The translations under genes and the position numbers were made by a program. Source: Candidatus Methanomethylophilaceae archaeon (GTDB lineage Bacteria; Bacillota_I; Bacilli_A; Erysipelotrichales; Erysipelotrichaceae). From it: a stretch of DNA of 30,917 nucleotides. Positions within the stretch are counted from its first letter, which is position 1. Every line of letters begins with the position of its first letter. Of this stretch, positions 8,417-18,503 are shown piece by piece. Below the pieces are notes generated by a model that did not search any database, was not told where the DNA came from, and was given only the letters and a program-made list of their open reading frames with translations. Location of the stretch: the NCBI GenBank assembly GCA_963593105.1, contig CAVBAX010000002.1:1-30917 (forward strand), given 5' to 3'.

Positions 8417-10202
8417 TAAAGTTCTCCTTATATGTTTGATTTTGAATAGCGTTTATACGCTTATACAAACCATCCTTATTAACCAACTCTTCATGAGTTC
8501 CAATCTCACTAATCGCGCCATCTTCAATAACTACAATCTTATCAGCTGACTTAGCTGAAGCAATTCTTTGAGTGATAATAATCATAGTGCTAGCTTGTCC
8601 TAACACCTTTAATGATTCTCTAATTTCACTATCGGTTTTAGCATCAACTGCGCTTAAAGAATCATCAAAAACCAAAATTGGCGTATTATTAACAATGGTT
8701 CTTGCGATTGCGATTCTTTGTCTTTGACCCCCTGATAAAGTAACACCCTTTTCACCAACAATTGTCTTATAACCTGATTCAAAGCTTTTAATTACTTCAT
8801 CAACAGAAGCAATCTTGCAAGCCTTCTCAACCGCCTTATAATCAATATTTTCATTAGAAGTCTTTATATTGTCATATATTGTTTTAGAAAACAAAAAAGA
8901 TTCTTGCAAAACAACACCGACATTTTTCCTTAAGTAAGCTTTAGAAATATCATTAATATTGTATCCATTAATATAAATAGCCCCACTATTTACATCATAT
9001 AATCTATCAAGTAATTGAATTAAACTAGACTTACCAGAACCCGTTGGGCCAATAATCGCCACTGTTTCACCCTTTTTAATTGTCAAATTAATATCCTTTA
9101 AAATTTGAGTATCATCGTCATCATATTTAAAATAAACATGATCAAAAATAATGTCACCATTTAAATCAGGACTTAAACCCTCTTGTAAGTTTTCTTCTTT
9201 TTCATTTAAGACTTCCGATAATCTTTGACAAGACACCATTACCTTGCCAAAATCAGATAAAATTCTTCCTAAATTTCTAATTTGATTTAAAATAACCGTT
9301 TCATAAGTAATAAAAACCAAGAAATTACCAGTACTAATCTCTTTACTTGCTACAAGCCTTATACCAATAAGGACAATCGTTAAAACCCCAAGCATACAAG
9401 CCATATAACTAAAACCCCAGTTATAACCTAAAGAAACAATCATCTTAGAGGCGATATCCTTATATTCACTAGATGACTTTAGAAATTTATCTAACTCATA
9501 TCTTTCTTTGTTGAAAGCCTTAATAACCCTAACACCATTTAGTGCCTCATTAATTTGAACAGTTAAAGCAGCTTCCTTTTCATCAGTTGCCAAAAATTGT
9601 TTCTGTATAACCTTAAAAAAGTAAAAACAAATGCCAAAAATAATTGGAAAAGTTAAAAGTACTATAAAAGACAATTTTTCATTTAAAGAAAACATGATAA
9701 TAAGCGCAAAAATAGCACTTGTAACAGTAGAAACAATTTCCTCTATTTGGCCTGAGAAAAAGGTTCTAATCTTATCAACATCACTAGTACATCTTTGAAC
9801 CAAATCGCCTGTTTGAACCCCCTTATGATAACTATAAGGTAAATGCTCAATATGGGTATATAAATGATTTTTAATATTACGATTTAAGTTTTCTGCCACT
9901 ATTGTTTGGTGGTAATATCTTAAAAACATAAACAAAGCACTTAAAAACGCTATAATGATAAGCACTATCGCCAAGACATATAAATGTTCCCTAATATAAG
10001 CTTTACCACCTAACAAAGATTCAAGCTTAATAAGCAAAAAATTAGTGGTTTGCTTATTATCAATAATCGAATCAATCGCATAACTTATCACAAGACTTGT
10101 AAGTAAAGTAATAATAGAAGACAAAACAACACACACAAAGACAAAAAATAATCTTATTTTTTGACCTTTTAAATGTTCACTTAAAAATTTATAATTACTC
10201 AT
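8409..10202 (-). CDS. ABC exporter, fused permease/ATPase (degenerate-site subunit)
   Basis: GPTGSGKS, LSGGQRQ, degenerate Walker B FDDS and TQR switch, typical of TM287/288-type heterodimers. Confidence 0.92.
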   Translation of the reverse strand: MSNYKFLSEHLKGQKIRLFFVFVCVVLSSIITLLTSLVISYAIDSIIDNKQTTNFLLIKLESLLGGKAYIREHLYVLAIVLIIIAFLSALFMFLRYYHQTIVAENLNRNIKNHLYTHIEHLPYSYHKGVQTGDLVQRCTSDVDKIRTFFSGQIEEIVSTVTSAIFALIIMFSLNEKLSFIVLLTFPIIFGICFYFFKVIQKQFLATDEKEAALTVQINEALNGVRVIKAFNKERYELDKFLKSSSEYKDIASKMIVSLGYNWGFSYMACMLGVLTIVLIGIRLVASKEISTGNFLVFITYETVILNQIRNLGRILSDFGKVMVSCQRLSEVLNEKEENLQEGLSPDLNGDIIFDHVYFKYDDDDTQILKDINLTIKKGETVAIIGPTGSGKSSLIQLLDRLYDVNSGAIYINGYNINDISKAYLRKNVGVVLQESFLFSKTIYDNIKTSNENIDYKAVEKACKIASVDEVIKSFESGYKTIVGEKGVTLSGGQRQRIAIARTIVNNTPILVFDDSLSAVDAKTDSEIRESLKVLGQASTMIIITQRIASAKSADKIVVIEDGAISEIGTHEELVNKDGLYKRINAIQNQTYKENFNV

Positions 10203-10608
10203 ATTTTTTACCTAACAAAGATTTAGCCTTAATTGTATTATCAGGATTTTTCTTTTGATATATATTTTTATTCACAAAAGCATACATTGTTTTCAACACC
10301 AAAATAATGGCTAAAACATTTAACCAAATCTTAAAACCATATATATCAAACCACTCATAAGTAATAGATGTTTTATAAATAAAAGAACTTAAACAAAAAA
10401 ATAAGGCAAACAACAAATAATAATAAGTTCTATCAATCATGCGCATTCTTGTGATATCAATACTTGGCCTTAATGCATAATAAATAACTCCAAATACCAA
10501 ACCCAACAATAAAGAATAAATCTTATCATTAGTATTAGTATCAATAAAAAATACTGCCAACATAATATGTAAACAAATATAGCTAATTAATCTAATTATT
10601 CTCTTCAT
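10195..10608 (-). CDS. Hypothetical membrane protein (about 4 TM)
   Basis: Four hydrophobic segments; overlaps both neighbours. Confidence 0.7.
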   Translation of the reverse strand: MKRIIRLISYICLHIMLAVFFIDTNTNDKIYSLLLGLVFGVIYYALRPSIDITRMRMIDRTYYYLLFALFFCLSSFIYKTSITYEWFDIYGFKIWLNVLAIILVLKTMYAFVNKNIYQKKNPDNTIKAKSLLGKKYE

Positions 10609-11228
10609 ATCAAATCCAAAATCTCTTTCATATCATTAAACACATAATCAGCTTGGTTTTGATCTATTAAATATTTTATGCCATTACGAGCATATACCTT
10701 GCATCCTGCAAGTTTACCAGCCCTTATGCCACTACTTGAATCCTCTATCACAATAGCCTCATGACTGCTTAGATTCAATATATCTAATGCCTTTAAATAA
10801 ACCTCAGGATTAGGTTTACTATTAACAACATCATCACTTGATAAACAAACATCAAAAATATTTAAGTCACAATCTAAAATAAAACTATTCAACATATCTC
10901 TTGTAGAAGATGTACATACACACAATTTATATTTGTCTTTTAATTTATACAAAACTTCTTTTACATCCGTAAATAAATAATCATTATAGTTTATTGGATG
11001 CCCTAAAAAATAATCATCATATGATTTTTTACATTGTTCATAATCAATACTCGCAAGATTAGCCATCATCATATAAGTCTTTGGCATATCTAAACCAACT
11101 ATCTTATAGACGTCTTTGATATCAGGGTTTTCTTTATATTGTTTCAACCATTCAAAAGACTTACTAGTATAGTAATTTTCTGAATCAACTAAGGTACCAT
11201 CCATATCAAATAAAATCGCTTTTAACAT
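10605..11228 (-). CDS. HAD family phosphatase (beta-PGM/CbbY-like)
   Basis: FDMDGTLVDSE, KPNPEVY, IEDSSSGIRAG. Confidence 0.9.
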   Translation of the reverse strand: MLKAILFDMDGTLVDSENYYTSKSFEWLKQYKENPDIKDVYKIVGLDMPKTYMMMANLASIDYEQCKKSYDDYFLGHPINYNDYLFTDVKEVLYKLKDKYKLCVCTSSTRDMLNSFILDCDLNIFDVCLSSDDVVNSKPNPEVYLKALDILNLSSHEAIVIEDSSSGIRAGKLAGCKVYARNGIKYLIDQNQADYVFNDMKEILDLI

Positions 11229-12589
11229 TTAGACTCCATATATTGTTTATCAAACTTTATATTTCTTTCGACTTCCTTCAAAGAATAAATAAAAATAGGA
11301 ATTAAATAAACTACCGCTCCAAACCATGCAAGCTGATCGGTAAAAGTAATCGCATCATAGCCAAATTTTGGCACAAAAATAGTCGCGAACACGCTTCTTA
11401 AAATCATTTCAATAACACCTGCAAATACAGCTCTGTTAGAATAACCAAGTCCTTGTGTTGACATCCTAGAAATAACAAGCAAGCCTAACATAGGATAGAA
11501 ATAGCCCATTCTTCTTAAATACTTATATGATGCATCAAGGGCCAAAGTTTCTGATTGATCTAAAAATAGCCCACTTAAAGTTCTACCAAAGAAACACAAC
11601 ACAAAACAAGCTATAAGCCCATATATTAAAGCTATCTTCAAGCCATCCTTATATCCCTCTTTAATACGCAAAGCTTCTCTTGCCCCATAGTTTTGCGAAA
11701 TAAAAGTTGAAGTAGCACTACCAAAGGCATCAAAAGGACACAACATAAGCTGTTTAATTTTTGCGCCTGAGGCAAAGCCAGAAACATAAACAGTACCTAG
11801 ACCATTATTAGCTGACTGCATAACCATTGAACCAATTGCGGTAATTGAAAATTGTAGACCCATAGGCAAGCCCATAGAAAGAAGCTTTAAACAATGATCC
11901 TTAGAAAAGATACGATTATCCTTATTAACCTGTAAAGTTTCAAACTTCATCCTAATTAAGGCAAGACATAAAATGCCACTTACAGCTTGCGAAAAAATTG
12001 TCGCAATAGCTGCACCAGCGCACCCCCAATGCAACGATAGTATGCAATAAAAATCTAAAAATATATTTAAAATAGCTGAAAAAGCCAAAAAATAGAAAGG
12101 TGTTTTAGAATCACCTATCGCTCTTAAAATTGAACTTAAATAGTTATATAAAAGCGTAAAAGGAACACCAATAAAAATTATCAAAATATAGTCATAGGCA
12201 TTGTCATATATCTGCCTGTTAACCTGTAACAACCTCAATATTGTCGGAGTTAAAACAACAGTAAGTGCAGTAATCAAAATCGCAAAGCCAAAAGTTAAAA
12301 TAGCGCCATTATAGACATATTTTTTTAAATTATTAATATCTTTAGCACCAAATCTTTGGGCAATTGGAATCGCAAAACCCTGAGCTAGTCCTTGACAAAA
12401 ACCAATTACTAAAAATTGAACACTTGTAGTTGCCCCAACACCAGCAAGCGCTACACTGCCTAAGGTTTGGCCAACTATTGCCGTATCAACAATATTATAA
12501 AATTGTTGAAAAAGATTACCTAACAAAAGTGGCAATGAAAAAGCTAATATCAATTTTAAGGGATTACCCCTAACCATATCCTTACTCAT
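11222..12589 (-). CDS. MATE family efflux transporter
   Basis: GNLFQQFYNIVDT, LRAIGDSKTP, LNIFLD, GAAIAT. ATG 12589 preferred; TTG 12595 is possible. Confidence 0.92.
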   Translation of the reverse strand: MSKDMVRGNPLKLILAFSLPLLLGNLFQQFYNIVDTAIVGQTLGSVALAGVGATTSVQFLVIGFCQGLAQGFAIPIAQRFGAKDINNLKKYVYNGAILTFGFAILITALTVVLTPTILRLLQVNRQIYDNAYDYILIIFIGVPFTLLYNYLSSILRAIGDSKTPFYFLAFSAILNIFLDFYCILSLHWGCAGAAIATIFSQAVSGILCLALIRMKFETLQVNKDNRIFSKDHCLKLLSMGLPMGLQFSITAIGSMVMQSANNGLGTVYVSGFASGAKIKQLMLCPFDAFGSATSTFISQNYGAREALRIKEGYKDGLKIALIYGLIACFVLCFFGRTLSGLFLDQSETLALDASYKYLRRMGYFYPMLGLLVISRMSTQGLGYSNRAVFAGVIEMILRSVFATIFVPKFGYDAITFTDQLAWFGAVVYLIPIFIYSLKEVERNIKFDKQYMESKC

Positions 12590-12603
12590 AAACAAATATT
12601 ATA

Positions 12604-14676
12604 CTAGTCCTTTAATAAATTAGTCATAGAACGCATCGAAATCAATAAAGTAGATGCATTATGTAAATAAGCTGTTGTTGTACTTGTTAAAACACCAAAG
12701 ACACCTAAACCAATCAAGGCCGAATTAAACGACATGATAAAACGATAGTTGAAACTAATTCTATCCATCAATAAATCAGCTATATCCTTTAAAGTAATAA
12801 GTAAACACAAATTATCTTCGCTTATTGTAACATCAGCAATCTCTCTAGCAATCTCTGCTCCATCAGATACCGCAATACCACAATCCGCTTTTGATAAAGC
12901 TGGTGAGTCATTTATACCATCACCAACCATGACCACTTTTCTTCCTAAAAGATGTTCATTTTCGATAAAGTCAGCCTTATCATTAGGTAAAACCTCACCA
13001 TAATATTCATCAACTCCAACAATATTAGCCACAGCCTTTGCGGTTTTTAAAGAATCACCAGTCATCATAACTATCTTATCAAAGCCCTTTAAATGTAAAG
13101 TGTTAATAACATCTTTTGCCTCAGCTCTAATTGGATCTTCAATTAAAATAACAGCCGAAAGCTTACCATCAATCGCCATAAACAAATGTGAATACTCATC
13201 AGGTAAAGAATCAAACAATTCCTTTTTATCATCGTTTATTAGACACTTTTCATCTTCAAACACAAAATGATAACTACCGATAATTACCCGCTTATCATCA
13301 ATTGTACTAGCGATACCATGGGCCACTAAGTATTCTACCTTAGCATGCAACTCATCACTATGATATAACCCTTTTTCTTTCGCCTTGTTAATTACTGCAT
13401 TGGCAATACTATGTGGGAAATGTTCTTCTAAACATGCTGCAAGTCTTAAACATTCATCTTCATTTAAAACATCAAAAGGTACAACCTTATAAACTGAAGG
13501 ACAAGAATGAGTTAATGTACCAGTCTTATCAAAGACAATAGTCTTAGCCTCACTTATTGATTCTAAAAATTTGCCGCCTTTTACAGATATGTGATTATAA
13601 CTAGCCTCTTTTACAGCGGATAAGACACTTATCGGCATTGAAAGCTTTAGTGCACAAGAATAATCAACCATTAAAACCGCAAGAGCTTTAGACACATTTC
13701 TTGTAAATAAATAAACAGCACCTGTTAATAAGAAAGAATAAGGAACTAAACTATCGCTTAGATGGTTTGCCTTAGACTCAGCAGCTGACTTAAGCTTTTG
13801 CGATTCCTCTATCATCTTAACAATGGCATCATATCTTCCATTTCCACAAGTATTTGTAACCTTTATTACACATTGGCCTTCATCAACAACCGTACCCGCA
13901 AAAACACTATCACCATCTTTTTTCATTACCGGCAAAGATTCGCCAGTCATACTAGATTCATTAACACTTACTTGACCATCCACCACAACTCCATCAAGCG
14001 GAATCGTATTACTTGTTCTAACAACAATCTCATCATCCTTTTCAACATCTTTAATGGACACTAGAGTTTCCTTACCATCTTTAAAAAGCCATACCTTATC
14101 AACATTAATAGACATGGCACTAGCTAAATCACTAATCGATTTTTTATGTGTCCACTCCTCTAAAATGTCAGAAAAGCCTAACAAGAAAATAATATTACTA
14201 GCTGTTGAAAAATCATTTCTTAAAATAGAAACACCAATAGTTGTCGCATCAAGAAGTGCTACTTCAATCTTACCTGCAAATAAAGACTTAATACCCTTAA
14301 CAATAAAAGGAATGGCTTTGATAATAGTGATACAAGTTCTAATTGGCAAAGGCATAAATAAAGTATTAAAAGCTCTATTGAATATATGCCAATAGGTTTT
14401 TTCTTCAAATTCTCTATTTAGAGCCCTAGAACTAGATACAGGTATTAAATCATTACTAAAACTAAAGCTAGAAAGTGAATTTATAAGTTTATCCCTATTA
14501 CCATCAATATAGTTAATAGTTACATCACTTGTTCTTTCGTATACTTTAGCTCTTTTTATATAGTCTAATTTATTTAAATATTCTTCTAAAATATCAGCCT
14601 CATTCAAAGTCATGTTTAAAACATTAACATGCACCCTTAAATAACCGACAGCTTCATGTAGAATAATACACTTCAT
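12604..14676 (-). CDS. Heavy-metal P1B-type ATPase with SCA metal-site motif
   Basis: TGES, DYSCAL, DKTGT, HFPH, GDGIND, LHNAST; N-terminal ILHEAVGYLRVH domain. Confidence 0.92.
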   Translation of the reverse strand: MKCIILHEAVGYLRVHVNVLNMTLNEADILEEYLNKLDYIKRAKVYERTSDVTINYIDGNRDKLINSLSSFSFSNDLIPVSSSRALNREFEEKTYWHIFNRAFNTLFMPLPIRTCITIIKAIPFIVKGIKSLFAGKIEVALLDATTIGVSILRNDFSTASNIIFLLGFSDILEEWTHKKSISDLASAMSINVDKVWLFKDGKETLVSIKDVEKDDEIVVRTSNTIPLDGVVVDGQVSVNESSMTGESLPVMKKDGDSVFAGTVVDEGQCVIKVTNTCGNGRYDAIVKMIEESQKLKSAAESKANHLSDSLVPYSFLLTGAVYLFTRNVSKALAVLMVDYSCALKLSMPISVLSAVKEASYNHISVKGGKFLESISEAKTIVFDKTGTLTHSCPSVYKVVPFDVLNEDECLRLAACLEEHFPHSIANAVINKAKEKGLYHSDELHAKVEYLVAHGIASTIDDKRVIIGSYHFVFEDEKCLINDDKKELFDSLPDEYSHLFMAIDGKLSAVILIEDPIRAEAKDVINTLHLKGFDKIVMMTGDSLKTAKAVANIVGVDEYYGEVLPNDKADFIENEHLLGRKVVMVGDGINDSPALSKADCGIAVSDGAEIAREIADVTISEDNLCLLITLKDIADLLMDRISFNYRFIMSFNSALIGLGVFGVLTSTTTAYLHNASTLLISMRSMTNLLKD

Positions 14677-14690
14677 AATCTTTTTCCTTA

Positions 14691-14715
14691 TAAAAGTGGC
14701 AGATGACTGCCACTT
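14691..14715 (-). terminator. Intergenic hairpin with short U-tract (possible partial terminator)
   Basis: AAGTGGCAG-TCAT-CTGCCACTT followed by TTATA, between the small gene and the ATPase. Confidence 0.55.
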
Positions 14716-14721
14716 ATTAAA

Positions 14722-15000
14722 TTATTTATCGCTTTCAGCAATTATTGCCTTAGCATCTTCAATAATTCTTTCTCTTTCTTCCTTAGCTCTAACATCGTTT
14801 ATTGCCTTTGCATCAACAGCGATATCTTGGCAATTTTCTTTAATAGAAGAAACAGTCTTCATAACACAATCAGCGCCGCGCATGCAAGCAGCAGTTACAT
14901 GTGTATAAGCTTTTTTTGCATCTTTACTACTTAAAATCTTAACACCAGCTGTTCCAAGTAAGAAACCATAAGCTAAAAATTTACCCTTTACAACAGACAT
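14722..15000 (-). CDS. Small P1B-ATPase-associated protein (DUF6110/DUF1490-like)
   Basis: GFLLGTAGVKILSSKDAKKAY..TAA..R..DCVM..KENCQDI..AKAIN pattern; GGAGG SD. Confidence 0.8.
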   Translation of the reverse strand: MSVVKGKFLAYGFLLGTAGVKILSSKDAKKAYTHVTAACMRGADCVMKTVSSIKENCQDIAVDAKAINDVRAKEERERIIEDAKAIIAESDK

Positions 15001-15068
15001 AAAAAGCCTCCATTTCTAAATCTATTCTAGCACTTAACTGATATATAATCTAAGCAGAGGTAAAAATA

Positions 15069-15318
15069 ATGTTAGAATTTTGATATGACACACAATTATT
15101 AATTGAAGAAAAAGGATTAAACGAAGATGAAATCAATGATTACTTCAACAAAAACTTTAAAGGTGATTGTTTACTTGCGGTAGGTGATGATGAGTTAATC
15201 AAAATCCACTTTCACACCAATGAACCATGGTTATCTTGAATACTGTCAAGGCTTAGGTGAAATCTATAACATCGTAATAGAAGATATGGATAGACAATCA
15301 CGTGGACTAAAGGGTTAA
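15069..15318 (+). pseudogene. Pseudogene of small stand-alone FakA/DAK2 middle-domain-like protein
   Basis: GAGGT SD; translation MLEF*YDTQLLIEE...GDCLLAVGDDELIKIHFHTNEPW, then a frameshift at about 15231-15234, then LEYCQGLGEIYNIVIEDMDRQSRGLKG*. Premature TGA at 15081-15083. Confidence 0.8.
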
Positions 15319-15381
15319 TGTAACCACTTTCATAAAAATTGATATTGAATTTAAAAAAGGCCGGTATAAACTAATTTAAGT

Positions 15382-16698
15382 ATGAAACTTCTTGATAAAA
15401 AACTACTTAAATATACCTGGCCTATTTTTATTGAACTAGTACTACAATTACTTGTATCTAACGTTGATAAAATAATGGTAAATAAAGTATCCATAACTGG
15501 CGCAAGCGCAATCACTAATGCCGCTAGTATTATGGACTTACTGATTATCGCCTTCTCGGTAATATCATTATCAGTCACAATACTGTGTTCACAATTTTTT
15601 GGATCGGGTAAAACAGGACGCATTGAACAATTATATGCCCTAGGCATTATCATTAATGGTGCATTTGGTATAATCGTTTCTATACTTCTTTGGCTATTTG
15701 GAAGAAATATCTTTTTATTAATGAAAATACCAAGTGATTGTATGCATGAAGCTCTGTTATATCTAAACATATGCGCAGCAGGTCTTTTGTTTCAAGGAAT
15801 ATACTCAACATATAGCGCTATGTTTAGAAGTAATGGTTGGATGAAACACTCGATGTTTGCCTCAGCTATCATGAATGGCTTAAACATTATTGGTAACTAT
15901 TTCTTAATACCCCATATTGGCGTAGCTGGTGCCGCTATTTCTTCAGTTCTATCAAGAATTATTGGCTTAGCATTTCTAGTTATTGTCTTCAATGGTTTAT
16001 CTAATATTAAAGTTAACTTTAAATGCTTAAATCCTTGGCCTACTTCATTACTTAAGGCCATGTTAAAAATAGGACTACCAAGTGGTGGCGAATCTTTATC
16101 TTATAACGGTAGCCAAATGATTATCTTAACGTTTGTTAATATGCTAGGTAATTCAATAGTAAAGGTTAGAACCTTCGCCTATATGTATGCCATGATTGGC
16201 TATTTACTTGGATGTGCCTTATCCCAATCTTCTCAAATCATCATCGGCTATATGATTGGTGCTGGCAAAAAAGATGAAGCCTATAAAGAAGCAAAAAAAG
16301 CTACGATTTTATCAATTTTATTAAATGGTACAACTGCTCTATTAATATTTTTATTCGCAAAGCCATTATTCTCATTCTTTATCGAAGATGATTTACTTGA
16401 TATCGCAAGAAATGTTATGTTTGTTGATTTAATATTAGAAATAGGTAGAGCCATAAACATGACCATGGTAAGAAGTCTACAAGCGGTTGGCGATATTAAA
16501 TTTCCAGTAACATGCGGCATATTAAGTATGTGGTTAGTATCCATTCCGATTGCCTATTATTGTGGCTTTATCTTAAATATGGGACTAGTTGGTATTTGGA
16601 TTGGCATGTGCGTTGATGAATGCCTTAGAGGAATAATATTTGTCATCAGATGGGAATCTGGTGGCTGGCGTAAAAAAGAGCTTATAAATAATCTATAA
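15382..16698 (+). CDS. MATE family efflux transporter
   Basis: WPIFIELVLQLLVSNVD, GVAGAAIS, IGLPSGGE, EIGRAIN, DECLRG..RW. Confidence 0.92.
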   Translation: MKLLDKKLLKYTWPIFIELVLQLLVSNVDKIMVNKVSITGASAITNAASIMDLLIIAFSVISLSVTILCSQFFGSGKTGRIEQLYALGIIINGAFGIIVSILLWLFGRNIFLLMKIPSDCMHEALLYLNICAAGLLFQGIYSTYSAMFRSNGWMKHSMFASAIMNGLNIIGNYFLIPHIGVAGAAISSVLSRIIGLAFLVIVFNGLSNIKVNFKCLNPWPTSLLKAMLKIGLPSGGESLSYNGSQMIILTFVNMLGNSIVKVRTFAYMYAMIGYLLGCALSQSSQIIIGYMIGAGKKDEAYKEAKKATILSILLNGTTALLIFLFAKPLFSFFIEDDLLDIARNVMFVDLILEIGRAINMTMVRSLQAVGDIKFPVTCGILSMWLVSIPIAYYCGFILNMGLVGIWIGMCVDECLRGIIFVIRWESGGWRKKELINNL

Positions 16699-16704
16699 GC
16701 TCTT

Positions 16705-17178
16705 TTATTTTTCATCAATAAGCACTACAGCTTGAGCTATAGCGCCCTTACCTTCACCCACAAAACCCATCTTTTCAAAACAAGTAGCCTTAACATTAAC
16801 TAATGATTCATCAATCATTAAAATATTCGCAATATTTTTACGCATTTGATCAATATAAGGCGCCATCTTAGGCTTTTCAATCATGATAAGGCTATCAATA
16901 TTTACTACCTTAAATCCATGTTCATCCAACATCTTTCTAGTTTCATCTAATAATTTCAAAGAAGAAATACCAGCATATTTTGGATCCTTATCAGAAAAAT
17001 GAGTTCCTATATCTTTTAATCCCATGGCTCCAATTAAAGCCTCAATAATCGCATGCAACAACACATCAGCATCACTATGACCTAATAATCCTTTTTCATA
17101 AGGAATTTTTACACCGCCAATTATTAGGTCTCTACCTTCTGTAAGTCTGTGCACATCTTGTGATTGTCCTATTCTCAT
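16705..17178 (-). CDS. ispF: 2-C-methyl-D-erythritol 2,4-cyclodiphosphate synthase
   Basis: RIGQSQDVH, GHSDADVLLHA, DIGTHF, VNVKAT. Confidence 0.96.
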   Translation of the reverse strand: MRIGQSQDVHRLTEGRDLIIGGVKIPYEKGLLGHSDADVLLHAIIEALIGAMGLKDIGTHFSDKDPKYAGISSLKLLDETRKMLDEHGFKVVNIDSLIMIEKPKMAPYIDQMRKNIANILMIDESLVNVKATCFEKMGFVGEGKGAIAQAVVLIDEK

Positions 17179-17795
17179 ATATTTATACTCCTTATATCAT
17201 CATATACTTTATCATGTTCATTTAGTAATATATCTTTATCTTGATGGCCACATGATACAAGCAAACATCTTATACCCATTGATCTAGCAACTTCTAAATC
17301 ATGTAATGTATCACCAATCATAACACATTCATTTCTGTCTTTATCAGCTATAAAATTAAGCCCAATAGGTAATTTAGAAGTAGCATAGATATTATCAATA
17401 CCTAACACTTCATCAAAATAAGCTAGTATACCAAGTTCATTTAATTGCCTTTTTAAAATATCAACCCTACTAGCACTCAATACAACGTTTTTGATTCCTT
17501 TTTCTTTATTAGCTATAAGCAAATCAACAACGCCATCATTTAAGCCACACTTATAATAATTGTTCAAATACAAATCCATCCAATATTGGCCAACTTCATA
17601 CCAATCTAATTGTTCAAAGTCAAAGCCAACTGCCTCGTAATATTTCTTAACCGGAAAAGTAAATATTCTTTTATATTCATCTATACTAATAAAATCCCTT
17701 AAAAGATATTTTTCAATCGTCTTATTTAAACAAGCAACCGACACTTCTACATCATTTAATATTGTCCCGTTAAAATCAAAAATCACATATTGCAT
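17175..17795 (-). CDS. HAD family hydrolase (phosphoglycolate phosphatase-like)
   Basis: FDFNGTILND, LSAS, IGDTLHD, GHQ. Start revised to ATG 17795. Confidence 0.88.
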   Translation of the reverse strand: MQYVIFDFNGTILNDVEVSVACLNKTIEKYLLRDFISIDEYKRIFTFPVKKYYEAVGFDFEQLDWYEVGQYWMDLYLNNYYKCGLNDGVVDLLIANKEKGIKNVVLSASRVDILKRQLNELGILAYFDEVLGIDNIYATSKLPIGLNFIADKDRNECVMIGDTLHDLEVARSMGIRCLLVSCGHQDKDILLNEHDKVYDDIRSINI

Positions 17796-17808
17796 AAAAA
17801 CATTATAC

Positions 17809-17833
17809 AAAAAGAAAAGACGCAATTGCGTCT
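17809..17833 (-). terminator. Intrinsic terminator after rpoE
   Basis: AGACGC-AATT-GCGTCT followed by TTTCTTTTT. Confidence 0.7.
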
Positions 17834-18152
17834 AATAAGTTTCTTCTGGTTCTTCAATGATATTGCCATCATCATCATAGACAACACCCTCATCATCATC
17901 ACCAACTTCAATAGCTGACAAATCGATTTGGGTATCTTCGAATCTTAAATGACTTTTAATATCCCATTTATTTCCATCTAATTGAGCAAATCTACCATCT
18001 ATAGATAAATCTGAATAAAAAGAAGCTACTCTATCATCACCAATACCAGTAACTTTTGAAACTTCTTGCCAAAGATCCTTAAATGGTACGGCCTTTTTCT
18101 TTGTTGACAAATAATCATATGCTACATCTGCCATTGATTTTTTTGCGCTCAT
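17832..18152 (-). CDS. rpoE: RNA polymerase delta subunit
   Basis: KSMADVAY, FKDLW, FYSDLSIDGRF..L..NKWD, acidic C-terminus; follows a DUF1934-like gene as in other Firmicutes. Confidence 0.9.
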   Translation of the reverse strand: MSAKKSMADVAYDYLSTKKKAVPFKDLWQEVSKVTGIGDDRVASFYSDLSIDGRFAQLDGNKWDIKSHLRFEDTQIDLSAIEVGDDDEGVVYDDDGNIIEEPEETY

Positions 18153-18155
18153 TTA

Positions 18156-18503
18156 CTATTTTTCTCCTATAAACCTAATTTCTACACGTTTTTGACTATC
18201 GCTTACACAATAGGCAATAGATATAATATCATTATTTATACATAATGCAAGCACTTTTACAGAAAAAGAAATATCACCCTCATTAGACTTAATTTTGATA
18301 TAAGCCTTATCTCTTAAAACAACATAAGTCTTATGATCTAAATCATTTCTAAATATCGTTATACCATCATTAAACACTCTTACATCATTGTTTACACCAT
18401 AAGAATCAACATAAGAAAAATGTTTTTTATCATCAATATTATCAACATTAACTACTTCTTTATAGTTTTCGTTTATATCTTCAATAATTACTTGTGCTCT
18501 CAT
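18156..18503 (-). CDS. DUF1934/YwiB-like beta-barrel protein
   Basis: Beta-rich 115 aa protein at the conserved position upstream of rpoE. Confidence 0.6.
   Translation of the reverse strand: MRAQVIIEDINENYKEVVNVDNIDDKKHFSYVDSYGVNNDVRVFNDGITIFRNDLDHKTYVVLRDKAYIKIKSNEGDISFSVKVLALCINNDIISIAYCVSDSQKRVEIRFIGEK

Noticed and set aside
12749..14908. Plus-strand ORFs opposite the ATPase and its partner gene
   Set aside because: Antisense shadows of well-supported genes.
15081..15083. TGA as Trp/Sec recoding
   Set aside because: TGA terminates other genes here (e.g. trkA), Trp uses TGG, and the same gene also carries a frameshift.
15351..16544. Minus-strand ORFs 15351-15770 and 16281-16544
   Set aside because: Antisense to the MATE gene.
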